Positions 13,771 to 27,290 are shown, numbered from the stretch's first letter. The stretch is 64,000 nt of DNA from the human T2T-CHM13v2.0 reference genome, Homo sapiens (GCF_009914755.1 NC_060926.1), one strand, 5' to 3'. A program made the numbers and translations. The notes: generated from the letters alone by a model not told the origin.

Positions 13771-14539
13771 GAATAGTCATCCCAGCCAGGGAATAAGTAG
13801 ATCTGAGCTCTACCTAGCAATAGGTGGAAATGAAATAAGGGAGGAGATAAATATGAGCTGCTAAGATGTCCATGTTTACTTCATTGTGAAACTCTAGAAT
13901 TTTAAAAAGAAACTTTCAAAAACGGATCCATGGATTAGTTGCATAGCATCGCAGCTAACACTAAAGGGTTCTACAGGGACTTCATAGTTTAAAAAAAGAA
14001 AAAATCAGGAAGTAGAACTACAAACGACAAAACTTTTCCTAAAACCCATGATGCTTAGAGAGCAATTCCTTACAAGAGAGCTCCAGCAAAACATACAGAT
14101 TTAGAACTTGCCACCAGGAGGAGCTACTGAGAGATCCTACTTTTCCAAAGGTGTCATTAGAAGAAGCAGATGTCCTCCAGGCAAAAAGACAATTTGATTT
14201 GGAGATTTCTGCAGTTCTTTGCTATTCCCAAGTGATCACTTTCACAGGAGAAGAACACTGGCTCTAATTTCCTATTTTGCATGAGTAGGGAGACTTTAGG
14301 GGTTAATATCCATTATGTATTATATGTTGCTGAAAAGAGAATATAACTTTTTCACTGGCAAAAATAGTGTGAGGGTCAGTGAGGCCAGGTGCAAGAAGGC
14401 CTTGGAGGGAAAAAGAAAGTTAGAAACACTAGGCAAAGATTTCTTGTGTAGTTAGATGCACGTTAGCAATTTGGCCCCTTTTCGGAGCATAGGAAGAGTC
14501 CAGACAAGTGACTGAAGAAGTAAACAAACAGTATGCTAA

Positions 14540-14878
<339 letters not shown>

Positions 14879-15497
14879 CTAAGCTACTTACAGATAGAGT
14901 ATGAGATCTGGCCACGTAAAGATCTACTGGGTGAAAATGATTGAAATCAAAATCTTCAATAATGAGAATGATCTAGTAACTATTCATAACTGATACTAAT
15001 AATTACCTCAATTTTGCTCTGGGAATTACCTTAAATTAATCAGTTGCAAAGATACGAGTTACAAGGGCAAACAATAAAAATTAAAATATCTACCTTCTTA
15101 TTATTGATGATTGAATGGAAAATGCTATACAGACACTCTGGGATCTCACCTGAGTTGATATTTAGGGATTAACATATATTAATTATTTTATATACATACA
15201 CATATCAATATCTTAATTAATATATATTCTATTTAAATGTCTTAACTGTGCAATTTTATTGCCCAAATAAGATATTATTTGATAATATTTTATAAAATCA
15301 GGATATACATCTAAAGTGCACTTAACATTTTCTCAACAGATAGACAAGATGCATATTTTCTGCTTCTAGGTACTCAGAAACTGAAGCAGAAGTAAATTAT
15401 ATGCATAAAATATAGAAAGGTCAACATTGTAGATATAAAATCAGAGGTATAGATATAAAATTGGAGAGACGACATTTTGCAGTTTGATGCATCTTAG

Positions 15498-15610
15498 AGT
15501 CAGAGAAAACCACGTTTAAATCCCTGAGATACCATTTACCCACTGTGTGATTGCAGGCAATGTACTGCATACACCTAAAATTCAGTTTTCTGATCTATAA
15601 AATGAAGATC
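15498..15610 (+). mobile_element. MIR core
   Basis: tttaaatccc...ctgtgtgattgcaggcaa...tcagttttctgatctataaaatg. Confidence 0.6.
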
Positions 15611-16438
15611 TGAATATCTTTTATTCTGGTGACAAGTGATTTAGTGGGAAAAATCAAAGATGCCAAGCACACAACCACTTCTTGATAATTGTCAGTTATG
15701 AAACCTAATACATATGGACGTTGAATTGAGAGAGTAAAACAAAGTCATTACCATCAGCTTTTCTACTTCAGAACAGGAAATTTTTTAAGTAGGAGACGGG
15801 ATGGGCAATGAAAACTCTTCTGCCTGGAATTATTTCTCCATTTGGCCCTGGTAAGGCTTAGGAATCCTGATATTAAGATTTCATTTGAATTAAGACAATC
15901 AAACTTTATTTTAAAATTCACGTTTGGTATCTGTGGTAAGCAGAATATTGGGCTCCAAAGGCATCTACATCCAAATTGCCAGGATCTATAAATATGTTCT
16001 TACAGGGCAAAAGGGATTGTGCAGATATAATTAAATTAAGGATCCTGAGATGGAAAGATTATCCTGGATTATCTAGTTGGTACAAATCCAGACCTTAAAA
16101 TTGGAGAATTTTTCCAGTCTGGGTCAGAAAGATGAGACAGAAGAAGAAAGAGAGATTTAAAGCATTGATGGGCTCAATGTGCCATTGCTGGCTCTGAAGA
16201 TGGAGGAAGGAGGGAAACACTGGCAGCCACTATCAGCCAGCAAGAAAACAAGGATCTCAGTCCTATACCCACAGGAATCAAATTCTGCTAAGGACTGGAA
16301 TGAATAGGAAACAGACCAACCCTTAGGGCCTCTAAAAAGACCACAATCCTACCAATACCTTGATTTTAGCCCAATGAGACCCATGTCACACTTCTGACCT
16401 ACAGAACTGTGAAATAATAAAATGTGTGTTGTTTAAGC

Positions 16439-16852
16439 TGTACATAGCAAGGAATTTGTCCTTACGCAAAGATAAATCTGCTCTTTTTCTTTGACTATAA
16501 AGTGGTAATCTCTGGGCCCCTGGAATGTCTGTCCTGCCTGGCAAGAGTGTCCTTGTTTTCCTGGGAGCTTTTTCCACCAGACAGTCCAATAAAGTGATCT
16601 ATAATGGGGGCTTTGGACAACACTGTATCAATTCCAATATCTGGAGGAAGTGGAGACTAAAGATCTTAGCTCAACTCAGAGAGAAGCTAGAGGCTAAAGG
16701 TCAGCCCAATGGGAAGTATGTATTTGAATCCCAATAAAAATTCTGGAGAGACAGGCATGGTGGCTCACACCTGTAAGCCCAGCACTTTGGGAGGCCAAGG
16801 TAGGTGGCTCTAGCCTGGGCAACATGGCAAAACCCTGTCTCTACAAAAAAAG

Positions 16853-16896
<44 letters not shown>

Positions 16897-17498
16897 CATA
16901 CAAAAATTACCCAGGTGTGGTGGCTCACAACTGTGGTCTCAGCTACTTGGGAAGTGGAGGTGAGGGGCAGAGGTGAGAGGATCACTTGAGGCTGCAGTGA
17001 GCTGCAATTACGATCATGCCATTACACTCCAGCCTGGACCACAGAGCAAGACTCTGTTTCAAAAAAAAAAAAAAAGGAAAAGAAACTATGGATACCAAAG
17101 GCTTGGGTGAGCTTCCCTGATTGACATTCCATCGTGCATATCGTCACACATAGTGGCCTGGAGGAGATGACACTGTCCATGACTCCACTAGGAGAAAATC
17201 ACCAGAAGTTCTGTGTTCAGATCCCCTCACCCCAGACCCTCTCCTTTTGGATAATGCTAACTTGGATTCTTTTCCTGTCCTGTAATAAATCACGAGTATT
17301 ATAGCTTTCAGTGAGTAGTGTGAGTCATTCTAAAGAATTTTCAAAACCGAGTGGTCACTGGGGACCCCAAAATTTGCAGCCAGCTGATCTGAAGTGAGAG
17401 CAATCTTGAGAACTCGTGAACTTGTGGCTGGTGTCTGAAGTGAGAGCAGTTCTTCTGGGGCTGTTCCCTTGGACTTTGCAGTTTGGCTAACTCCGTGC
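16439..17498 (+). mobile_element. MER77-like (MER21 group) solo LTR nested in MLT1D
   Basis: ggtaatctctgggcccctggaatgtc...aagagtgtccttgttt; ggtgagcttccctgattg; gtgagtcattcta. 4-bp TSD aagc (16435-16438 / 17499-17502). Confidence 0.7.
16749..17080 (+). mobile_element. AluJ with a (CA)n expansion in the linker, nested in the MER77-like LTR
   Basis: AluJ features (cctgggcaacatggcaaaaccctg; aggatcacttgaggctgcagtgagct), (CA)n at about 16856-16890, degenerate TSD aaaattctgga/gaaactatgga. Confidence 0.88.
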
Positions 17499-20074
17499 AA
17501 GCCACTGAATTTTGAAGTGAATTTGTCACAGCAGCAATAGAAACGTCATACAAAAACTAATAATACCTTAAAAAGAATCATAGGTAGAAATAGTTCAATG
17601 GGAGTGCCTCGCCTCGGAAAGACTTGGAATAGTATTGATGGGGAAAGTGGCAGAAGAGCAGAAAATGTTGAGGAAGAGCAAAGTGGCTGCCTGAGTGTAG
17701 AAGTGAAGTGGAGATGTTCACCTTGGGGTAGGACGCAGTGCAGTGTGAGGAACCATCCTAAGACTAGATAGTCTGAGAATAGAAAGACTTAAGGGACAGT
17801 GCCCCCATTACATTAGCCATGTGAGAGTTTCTCCAGGGCAGCATAGAGGATTTCCTTCCCAGGGCTTTTTTTTTTTTTTTTTCAAGTAGAGGCTAAAAAA
17901 TCTCTCCTGGGTGCACTCACTGGTGAATATGCCTAAATCGTAATAAAACAAAAGTAACCAGAGCAATCTCTTTCTAGGGATTCATTAAAAATATACATAT
18001 TTGGTAGTATAATAAGGAGTTTGCTTTGTGATATACGGCCTCTTGTATTACCCTCACCTACATTTATTATGCGATCATCATGGGTCCCAGCATGCTTATC
18101 TCTAAAGCCTATGACAGCCTTGGATAAAACCCAGAATAAATCATGCAAAATGACTCCTCTGAGTTGCTATGCATTTAGATCCTCTAAAGAGCTTTGTTTT
18201 CATCTTATTATTGACCCATATGAAAATATTTCAAGCAATCACACTTGAAAATACTTCTTCCAAATTTCCCATTGGCTGAGTTGAATATTCACACAGTGTG
18301 CAAAGAGCAAAAAGCAAACCTCATTTGTATTGGGAACAAATTGCTTTCCAGTAGACTCCAATGAGGAGGAAGGATTTTGAGGTTCGATGGGGAGTGGCCC
18401 AGTGCTAACCATTTCTAGCACTTCAGATAGGGCAGCCTTGCTTCAATGGCCTCTACCACCATCTCTCTTACCCATGCCATGTCCTATGACTCCAGAGCTT
18501 AGAGACCCTTGATGGAGGGATCCTCCGCTGTCACAGCCAAGGTTTTGTTTATGCTCCTTCCTCTAAAGTGACTGGCATCTGCTCACAAGATCAGGCATCC
18601 ATTGTGAAAATCAGGATAGACACCATGCTGGCCATTTCCTGAATCATGCTAGCCAAATTTAGAGATAACAGCTTATTCTAACCAATAACAACAGCTTAAC
18701 TACCACAACCTCTGAAGAAGAAAAAGGAGATCTCTTGGGATTGGTGAGAAAACACTGAATAAGACTTTGGGTTTGAGGCAGTCATGTCAGCCTCTTCCAT
18801 GAAGCTTAATTGGTTTCTATGAAGATTATACCTTGCATATTATTTGACACTTTAGGCTTCATCTGAATAAAAGGAATGACATTTGAGTAAATATCAGCTT
18901 CTCAGCATCCCAAACAAGTAGCGTGTGATAAAGTGACATAAAAGAAGCAGCATTTGTATATTTTAATTTGCAGTTCTGAGTAAGGCAATGGATTGGACAT
19001 GAGGGAATTCAGCTTTAGACTCGGTCCATGCTTGCTTTGGAAGCAACTCTGTGGCTTTGGAATTGTCATGCATGATCATATGGTGGTGGAAGAAGGAAAC
19101 TTGCTAGACATTGTTTACAAGAAGGACATCATCTAGTCCTTCCCATTCTATCACTTTTCTAAGACCCAGAGAAGTGAAATATTATAGATAGGAATTTTGG
19201 AGGCAATTCAACCTTTTGAGCCAAATAGGTAGTATCACCTAAAAAGAATCAAATCTCAGTCAACTATGGATCCCCACAGATTAAGCCAGGTTCTACTCTT
19301 TCCTCTGAAGAGATAGGGTAAACCAATTTGCCAAAAGCAGATCCAACACGTTGTCTGTTCATTTTCTAAGATCACTAGTTTAGAAAATAATCTCCATTTA
19401 TTTCATAAGAAGTACTGACATTTCCATTAAAATGTTCTCACAGAAGAAAAAGACACACTCAAATTCCCCTATAGATTTTCAAGGGGTCTTGTTCAGACAG
19501 CTATCTATTTTAACTCAAGCACCTCACAAAACTGGACGTAAGTCGGGGGTGGCTTATAAGTGGAGCATATCTATCCTTCCTCTTCCTCTACCCACAACCA
19601 ACTTTGCTACTATGCACCTGTTCTCAAAGCCCTTTTCAAAACAGGACTTTGTCTCTTTTCCCCCCAGGTCAAAATTAAAGGTCTGAGTAAGCAATCAACT
19701 TAACAAACTGTTTTCAGTTTGCGGCCAACTAGGCTACCTTGAGAGTTCTCCCGAATCTTTTGAGAATAATGGCTGTATGGGTAATGCAATTTCTAAATAT
19801 AGCCTCACAAATTTTCTCCAAGTGGTGTAGGTACTTGTCAGCATCATATTTATACCAAACAAGATTTAAGCAGATGCCATCTCAGAGTCAAACACAACTT
19901 CATTCTTCCTCTGTTGGGGATCACAGACATCAGAGTAGAGTAGGTGGAGGCCTTGCATTGCACAATTGTTGGGGAAAGTGTGCTGAGAGATCAAGTGAAA
20001 GTAAAAGAAATTTACCCATGGATGAGAGGGCCTAGGCACTTTGATCCTCATTGTCTACAACAATTCACTCTTCC

Positions 20075-20148
20075 CAAACACCCACTAGGACTTTTGTTCC
20101 TGCTTCTCTCATATTCAAACACCCACTAGAGCTTTTGTCCCTGCTTCT
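20075..20148. repeat. Tandem duplication, period 41 bp, 2 copies
   Basis: caaacacccactaggacttttgttcctgcttct (20075) and caaacacccactagagcttttgtccctgcttct (20116). Confidence 0.85.
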
Positions 20149-20199
20149 ATAACAGCTGTCAAATACATCCTTCCCTTAACCACTGCCTAATAATCCTTA

Positions 20200-20742
20200 A
20201 AGCGAGGAGCCTATATCAACTTCCTGTTTGGTTTCTCCAAACTCCAATGTGTTTCATACTCTGCTGCCCAGGAAATCCCTCTGAAGCACACTCAAAATCT
20301 CCAACATATGTCACCTTCCAATCTGTATGCAAACTCCATAACCCAGCATATAAGTTCTTCCAAATTTTCTGCTCTTGCTCTAGGTCTTATTCAAATTTAC
20401 TTATAGCCCCCTGAATACACTGTATTATTTCCTTTCCTGGGGCTGTTCCCCTGCTTCCTCCTCTTCTAATACCCGAATACTCTGCTTGGATTCAGATCAA
20501 ATTCCAGTTATACCATGAAATATTTCCTGATTCTCTTCCCTGGGACCACTCACTCTTTCCCCTATGATCTCTTAGCAAATCAGGCAGCATTTTCCATCTA
20601 GTGTTGGTTACACTCTCCTTTATTTTATAGTTCACTAAATTGTGGACTCAGATTATAAAATTGTTATCTGATATAACTTAAGATCTGTCATTGCATGCAT
20701 AACAGCCTGGCACATAACCCAAATACAATAAATACTGAATGA
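20200..20742 (+). mobile_element. L2 3' region
   Basis: Pyrimidine-rich L2 body ending aacagcctggcacataacccaaatacaataaatactgaatga. Confidence 0.55.
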
Positions 20743-20796
20743 TTCAGTCTGCTGCTCTGGCTTTTTCATTTTACCACCTGGTTGTTTATTTTAAAA

Positions 20797-21025
20797 GGCC
20801 TTATGGTGTGATGGTTAAGAGTTCATCCTTTAGGATCCAAACTATCTGGATTGGAATCTTATCTCTGCCACCTAATATCAGTGTGATCTTGGGCAAATTA
20901 CTTAATGATCTGATGAGATGATAACATCAACCTCCTATGGTCACCACAAGAATTAAGTAAGTTTATATGAGTAAAGCATTTTTGAATAGTGTGTGGCATA
21001 CAATAAACATTCAATAAAGTTTAGC
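20797..21025 (+). mobile_element. MIR
   Basis: atggtgtgatggttaagag...gtgtgatcttgggcaaattacttaa...gtaaagcat...tggcatacaataaacattcaataaa. Confidence 0.8.
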
Positions 21026-22239
21026 AAGTTCATTTAGGTAAATTTTTCTACAGGCCTGTGATCCTGGAAGAGCAAGGGACATGGTGGTGATTTGCATTGA
21101 GCTTTGTTTAGAATGAGCCAGAAAATGAGAGGGTCTGGAGCAGAAGGGCCTGGCAGATTCTGCAGTCCAGAAAGACAGTGAGCCAGAATGAGGAAGTCCA
21201 CTAAGAAAGAGGGATGAGGCAGGTCCAGAGTCCCAGATGGGGAGAAATCAGAGATCAGGAGGTTAGAAAGTCTGCAAGGGTAGTGCCATGAACAGCATGG
21301 AGAATATCTAGGCCCAAGATAGATTTGGCTTTTTATCTGCTCCACATCTGCTTTCTCTTCCAGGAATAGGCAGTCCCAGGAACATATAAAATAATACAGC
21401 CCAGCCCAGTGGAGGCAGTGACATAGATCTACCTCGTCTCGTGCTGACAGAGCAGGAATGCATGCAGCTCACGGAGTCCTTAAGTTAATCCAGTTAACAG
21501 ATCAGTGACCATCTCAATTTACTACATTATATCATGCACTTTTTTTTAACCTCTGTGGTTATAGGTCGTCACTCTAGGCAATGTATGAGCTGCAAGAAAT
21601 GTAACACAGAATGGTAATGCTTGGACTCTTCCTTCAGTGCCTGACTAATTTTCCCCCTGTAAAGCATTCAAAACACTTAAAATTATTATGTTATAGCTGA
21701 AAGAGAATGTTGTTAAAGCTTATAAAAATCATTTCAGTGTTAACTCTCCTGACTCGATCTTTTAAAATATTCCTCCTCAGAAGTTGCATATAATTTAACC
21801 AGAAAAGGCTTTTTATTTTTTTCCTGAAATCAACTGGAGTAACACACAATAGATGAATTAAGAAAAATAAAAGAACTGCTAGGTGAATATGGAATTTGGA
21901 ATTGGAAGTGGTGAGCTTGGCTCACTGACCTCTTTGTTATAAAATGACCATTTGACCTGGGCCTCTGGCCCAAAGTATACTCTGCATTTTCCATGTGCTG
22001 AGAGGTGCCATACTCAACCAAATCCAGTTATCATTTTAAAAATGTTTTATCATTGCCACCATGGACCAACCAACCCAGAAAGAGTAAAAATCAGTTTAGG
22101 CAGAGTACACTTAAGGAAAAGCATTTTGACTCTCTTCAGAGTTCATTTCTCCCTCAAAAAGAGCTGCTTAAGATGCCAGATGGCTTCCTGAGGTCTGGAG
22201 TAGTCAGGAATTGTGCTTAAAGCCACAGGCCACACCACC

Positions 22240-23460
22240 TGACAAGGGGAAATGGAGCTGGACCCTAAGCTGCTGCTGCGGGAGGCCCAAGAGAGTGAGG
22301 AGCTAGTGAGAGCTACTGGCCAGAGCTAGACCAGAAGCTTAAGGGCCTGCAGGAGGCACAGGAAAAGGGTACAGATTTTAATTTTTCTGGGAATAGGGTA
22401 TATACCCTCTCTCAAGATTTTCATAAAGGATAATGACTAAAACAAGATCAAAGAGTGAGCATCACAGACAAAGGATGTCCTAAAACAGCATTTTAATGAT
22501 TTAAAGGAATCCTCGGGAAGCTCTGGGATGAGCAATTGAAGTCTCTTGCAAGAGCTGGGCACCATTAAACAGGGGACTATTAAGCCACTAGGTGACTGTC
22601 AGGAGTCATACAGCATGAAATTAACACCGCAGAGGACTTAATCCAAGAAAGTGAGATCACCATTGTTGGTGGCATGGGAGAACAGATTGAGAAACTGTGA
22701 ACCGTTACCAAAAAGGCCTTCTGCATTTAGTTAGACAGGTTACCAGAAGTGTCTCTGCTGGTTGATGTGCCTTGTTTGTTTGCTCAGCTGAATGACTCAA
22801 TTCTTATTTTAGTGAAAGGCTACATCTTTCACCATGGAATGGTGGCATCTCACCTACCAGTAGAAATGTAAGCACTAATAGAGAAAACTGGAAGCCTCAT
22901 TGTATGATGATGTAAGATAGATGATGACACTATAGCTCAAGATTACAGATTCCAGCTCCATAAATGTACTTCAAATCATTTTAAGTATGTATGTGTAGGC
23001 TCTGAAACTGAATTTATAGCATTGCACATAGATCCCAATGTTGATTATCAGTTCAGAGTCTATGCCGGAGGGCAGAGGACCAGCTAACAGGAGTGGAGAC
23101 CTTGGAGCATCCTCCAGATATGTTATTCCGTATTGATGCCTCCTGAGTGGACAGCTGGCCTTAAGGGGTATACTCTGAGCAACTGAAGAAATATATCACT
23201 CCAGCTTGATTCTGAATCCTTCTTCAGCACTCTAATTTATTTCCATGGGCAGACATTAACATTTAGAATTGAAACAGAGAGACGACTGGACAAAAGAGAG
23301 AGTATAGGCGTGTATCATAAAGCATCAAGTACCGCATCAAGAAACTATTAGCTCAAGTAACAAAGAAGTGGGTGTTGATTGGTTATGCGATCAATGGTAT
23401 GGTTCTCTTTATATTGGATGCTCATTTTTCTATCTTGGGGGAAATTGTCAAGTGTTTTAG
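22240..23460 (+). pseudogene. CRLF3P3: Processed pseudogene of CRLF3 (cytokine receptor-like factor 3), CDS-homologous part
   Basis: Manual translation across frameshifts gives MELDPKLLLREAQE, SQTKDVLKQHFNDLK, LPEVSLLVDVPCLFAQLNDSIL, YVGSETEFIALHIDPNVDYQFRVYA, GQTLTFRIET and ...VF* (tag 23458-23460), matching CRLF3 as I recall it. Intronless, with many stops and frameshifts and an internal deletion of about 60 codons near 23320. The parent is confident; the P3 number is from memory and unverified. Confidence 0.93.
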
Positions 23461-24633
23461 ATTTTTTGGATAACTGTCCTTGGTTTGGAAAGTTTTAACA
23501 CAGCTGTTCTTAGCCCAGTTTAGTTGTAATTGATAAAAATAGTTGGATTTGTCTCTCAGGCAATTGGAAATAGAAAATGTTTATTGGATTCATTTTAGAA
23601 TATTTTTGCAATAAGATACTTGGATCATGTGGATAAAACCATAATGCAATCAATTTTATTTTTAGCATAGTGTTAATTAAAATATCATATCACAACAAAA
23701 ATCAAATTGGCCATAAATATATGAGTTCATAAAGGCCTATACCCTTCCACTGTATTTCTTTTTAATGGTTATTAGAACATAAAAACTTAACATAACCATA
23801 TTTTATTAAAACTCTATCTTTTAAGGGTCCAAGACCATGTAAAATGTTTAAATAATAGGAATAGACTTATAAAAGCCAGAGTTCTGTAAATATGTTAACC
23901 ATATGCAATCTATATATGTGTGTTGAACATACTTTCTATATCCAGGTGTTTTGAAAATAGTGGTGAATTTTATCTCGTGTTCAATAATCTTTAAGTTCGC
24001 GAAACATTATAATTTATGCATTTTTGAATGCCTGGGCAACTATTTACTTTAATTAATGTGCTTTCTTTTGTTGTTTCTTTGCAATTCAATTCAAGAGAGG
24101 CTAAAGGATTTTTACAGGGTAAAACTACTTGTGGAAGTAATATGTGCAGCACAATGTCACATGCATGTAATATACACATGTGCATCTCTAGCCACAATGA
24201 TAAGCTTGTACAATTTGTAGGACGCAATTTGCAGTGTTGTTTAATGTAAGCTTAATAAATGGTATTTTAGTGTACCAAAGAAGCATAGGGTAAATACTTA
24301 ACCTATTTTTTGAAAACTTAAATTGTATAAAATATCTGAAGCATTCATTTTGTATGTAAAAATAGTGGTCTTAACTTGCTATACAAGCTTACAAATGTTT
24401 ATTTTCTATGTAATTTTTTTCATTTTTGCCAGTAGAAAAGTGTTTGGGAAAGTAAATTTGAATTTTTTATAAGTTAATTTGAGAGTTCAAATTTTAGACA
24501 ATCATGAACTTTTTCCTTTGTCTTTTTATATGTAAATAGCCTTTCATTCAGCTAATGATTATTAGGAAGATGTGCTAGAATGTAGATGCCTTGTTCAGCT
24601 GTCTGAAAAACGAAACTGAAAGAAAAAAAGCAA
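23461..24633 (+). other. 3'UTR-derived tail and decayed poly(A) of the CRLF3 retrocopy (whole insert about 22170-24633)
   Basis: AT-rich UTR-like sequence after the stop, A-rich run at 24606-24637, degenerate TSD aaaaagagctgctt (22156-22169) / aaaataagttgctt (24634-24647), 11/14 matches. Confidence 0.65.
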
Positions 24634-25569
24634 AAAATAAGTTGCTTGACACATAGACCCCAAGCTCCTAGCTCTCTCCTATCTTTCATGCCTCTACCAT
24701 TTACTTACCCTCTGTTCTCTCTCCCCTTCCCTCTGTCTTTCATCCACACCAGACACAGGCTGCTTTCAACTTACGACCTCATCTATCCATGCTAAAGGGT
24801 ATTACCAATCACATTTATGGTGGAGTATTAAAGTGATTCACCATCTTAGGCAAGTGCAGTCTTGGTGAGACAAGGAAATTTGCAACATAATGTGGAAAAA
24901 TATACTGCTGAGCACTCAGAGAAATATAAAAGTGGCATGACTCAAGATAAAGCCCAGCCCTCATTCTGGTTTGAGAGAGAATACCAGTGTACTTGGAATA
25001 GTACTATTAACACATGATAATGTATTTAAAGGCAATTTAAATGTTCTAAGCTATAAATGCTTCAAAGATTCAAAATAAAAATGGTCAGGAATGACTATAG
25101 TGATCAAAGAAAGGTTCTTTGAATGAGCTGAATGGCCCCTAAGGATTGATATGATTTGGCTATGTAGAGGGAGCACAGAATATGATTGCGTGGTAGCAAA
25201 GATATGCAAACATGATAAATAAGCATAGCACCTTTCTGTAATGACAAGGGTGCCTAGAGTGGGTAGTGTCACGTTCTAAAGACCAGGCAGCTCTGTACTG
25301 AGAAGAGTTCTGAATAGCTGAAGTTAGAAGTGAAGCATGTAGAGGTGGAAAATACAGAACCACTGCATGAAATTTTGTTTTATTTTTGTTTTTAAAGCAA
25401 GATTATAATATAAATGAGATGGGTGCTTTTATAATATTATTCTGGGCCAATTATGAACATCTGCCCATTTGACCAAAGTATACAGCAATGTATCCTCATA
25501 TTGTAGGATCATACCAACCCAGAGCTGAGAAAGACTTGGAGATCACCCAGATCACCTTTTTTCTTTATG

Positions 25570-25800
25570 AATTGCAAACACGCTGTTTATGAGCAGAATG
25601 TGGCCCATAGGCATTTTGAATGGCACAAAGAATGTTTTAAAATTTTGAACGAATATTTTTAAATTGGGAGGCTCCCCATGAAAATCTGGATTTGTGGCTT
25701 CACCTAAAAAAGTCAGATAAGGCACAGACAATTCCACCTCTGCATGAAAATAATGTGCTGTGGCCGAACAGTGGCTGCCTTCCTTGGATAGTGTGTGATG
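25570..25800. mobile_element. MER102-like hAT-Charlie element
   Basis: catgaaaatctggatttgtggcttcacctaaaaaagtcagataa...cagtggctgccttcc. Confidence 0.6.
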
Positions 25801-25859
25801 ACTCCAGGTTGATGCTATGACCAGCTGGGAAGTCTTATTAGTCAAAGTAGGCACTATAA

Positions 25860-26150
25860 ACATTGGTAACAAATAAATATGAAAATTTAAGTAGCTTAAA
25901 TCTACAAAGGATTATTTCACACTCAGGTAGTGTGGGACAGACACTGTCTTTCACTTCATAGGTTTGTCATCTGGAACATTTGGCTTCTAAGGCACTGTGG
26001 AGAAAATGGGGGGAAAGATGCTGGCTTCTAATTGCTTACTTCAGATAGTATACCTGCCACTTCCCCTCCCAGCTTATTGGCCAGGCTAGTCATACGACTC
26101 CAGCCCATCTGCAGGGAGGCTAGGAAATGTAAGTAGGGAAAAACATAACA
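25860..26150 (-). mobile_element. Old MLT1 (J/K-like) LTR remnant
   Basis: attggccaggctagtcatacgactccagcccatctgcagggaggctaggaaatgtaagt. Confidence 0.55.
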
Positions 26151-26694
26151 TTAGTAAGGAATAGGTCAGCCATAGAAGAAAAGTTGTGTTGAATGAAACA
26201 TACATTCGTTTGAATGTAGAATTGGAGTTGATGGCAGGATAGCCATCCGAACACTTGATAGTTAGAAATATGAAACTGGAACTTGAGAATGAAGTTAAAG
26301 TAGAGAGAGATTTAAGAGTAACAAGCTTAAAGGGGGTAAAGTGAAGTGTGCGTAAGGGAGAGACATGGAAATAACAAAGCTTTACATAAAAGTTGAACCT
26401 GACAGCTGGGAAAGGTTATTTTGAAGACTGAGTGAACAAATTTCTTGTACTTATAAATTTTAACTAAGACACTAAACTCATCCCAATTTCCCTAAGCAGA
26501 CTTTAAACATTCAAAATTTATAATATGTGGACATCTAGGGGCATGATTGAGAGGGAGTTTAGGGGCCTGGGTGACAAAAGAACTGTAGGAGTAACCAAGA
26601 CTAATTGTTGAAGTAAGATGCCAATGACTTACATACCCATGATATTGCAGATACAGACATTGTAGAGATGACTGGAGCCTTGTTTACTACTCTT

Positions 26695-27290
26695 ATTGCA
26701 GACATGGAGGTTTATCACAATGAATTGGGCTACTGAAAAGGGTCCTTTCCTTCTAGTTGAGCGGACTGTTGTAATTGCATCCTCTTCATCCCACTGATGA
26801 GGAATGGATTCCTGTCTTGGGTTATGAGAACGGATGACACATGACACCTGCCTCTGAGCAGATGAGACTGACAGCAGTTTACTAGTCACATACACTCACA
26901 GCCTGGGGAGGAGGACACTGCCATGCAGGGTCACACATAGTTGCATCTAGGAGCACAGCAAACCACCAGGGCAGTGGGAGGCAGATTTTGCAGTATCAAG
27001 AGGGTGGGGTGACTCCTGGATCCCAAGAAAAAGTGATGGTCTTGCTTGAGTAATTCAAGCAGGCAAGGAACCAAGCCTGCTGCTCAGCAATAAGCAGGGA
27101 TGGGTGCCTGGTCCCCATGAAAAGGGGGGTGATTTGGCTAGGAGATCTTATTCCTGCTCCTGGGAATAAGATGTCCCGTAAGGAATCTTATAGGAGAATA
27201 AGGAGGGGAACTTGCAGTTAGGCCATTGGGAGCACTTTGGGTTTGCCCCAGATGTAAGGGAACACATAATAGTAGGCCTTAATTATCAGC
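26695..27290 (-). mobile_element. MER76-like ERVL solo LTR
   Basis: gatgagactgacagcagtttactagtcacatacactcacagcctggggaggaggacac...gtatcaagagggtggggtgactcctgg. Confidence 0.65.

Larger units (their letters stand above)
15932..17552 (+). mobile_element. MLT1D MaLR LTR, split (15932-16438 and 17499-17552)
   Basis: Starts tgtggtaagcagaata, contains attaaggatcctgagatggaaagattatcctggattatc, and ends ttgtcacagcagcaatagaaacgtcataca. Confidence 0.85.

Noticed and set aside
22369-22446. Reading the CRLF3 insert as a retained 78-bp GT-AG intron
   Set aside because: No polypyrimidine tract before the AG, splicing would leave an extra G and shift the frame, and the sequence is MER103C-like. A cassette exon fits better.
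23310-23335. CRLF3 internal gap of about 60 codons as exon skipping
   Set aside because: The breakpoints (after SIGV, before the KLRVTISS-like segment) fall inside exons as I recall them, so a post-insertion deletion is more likely.
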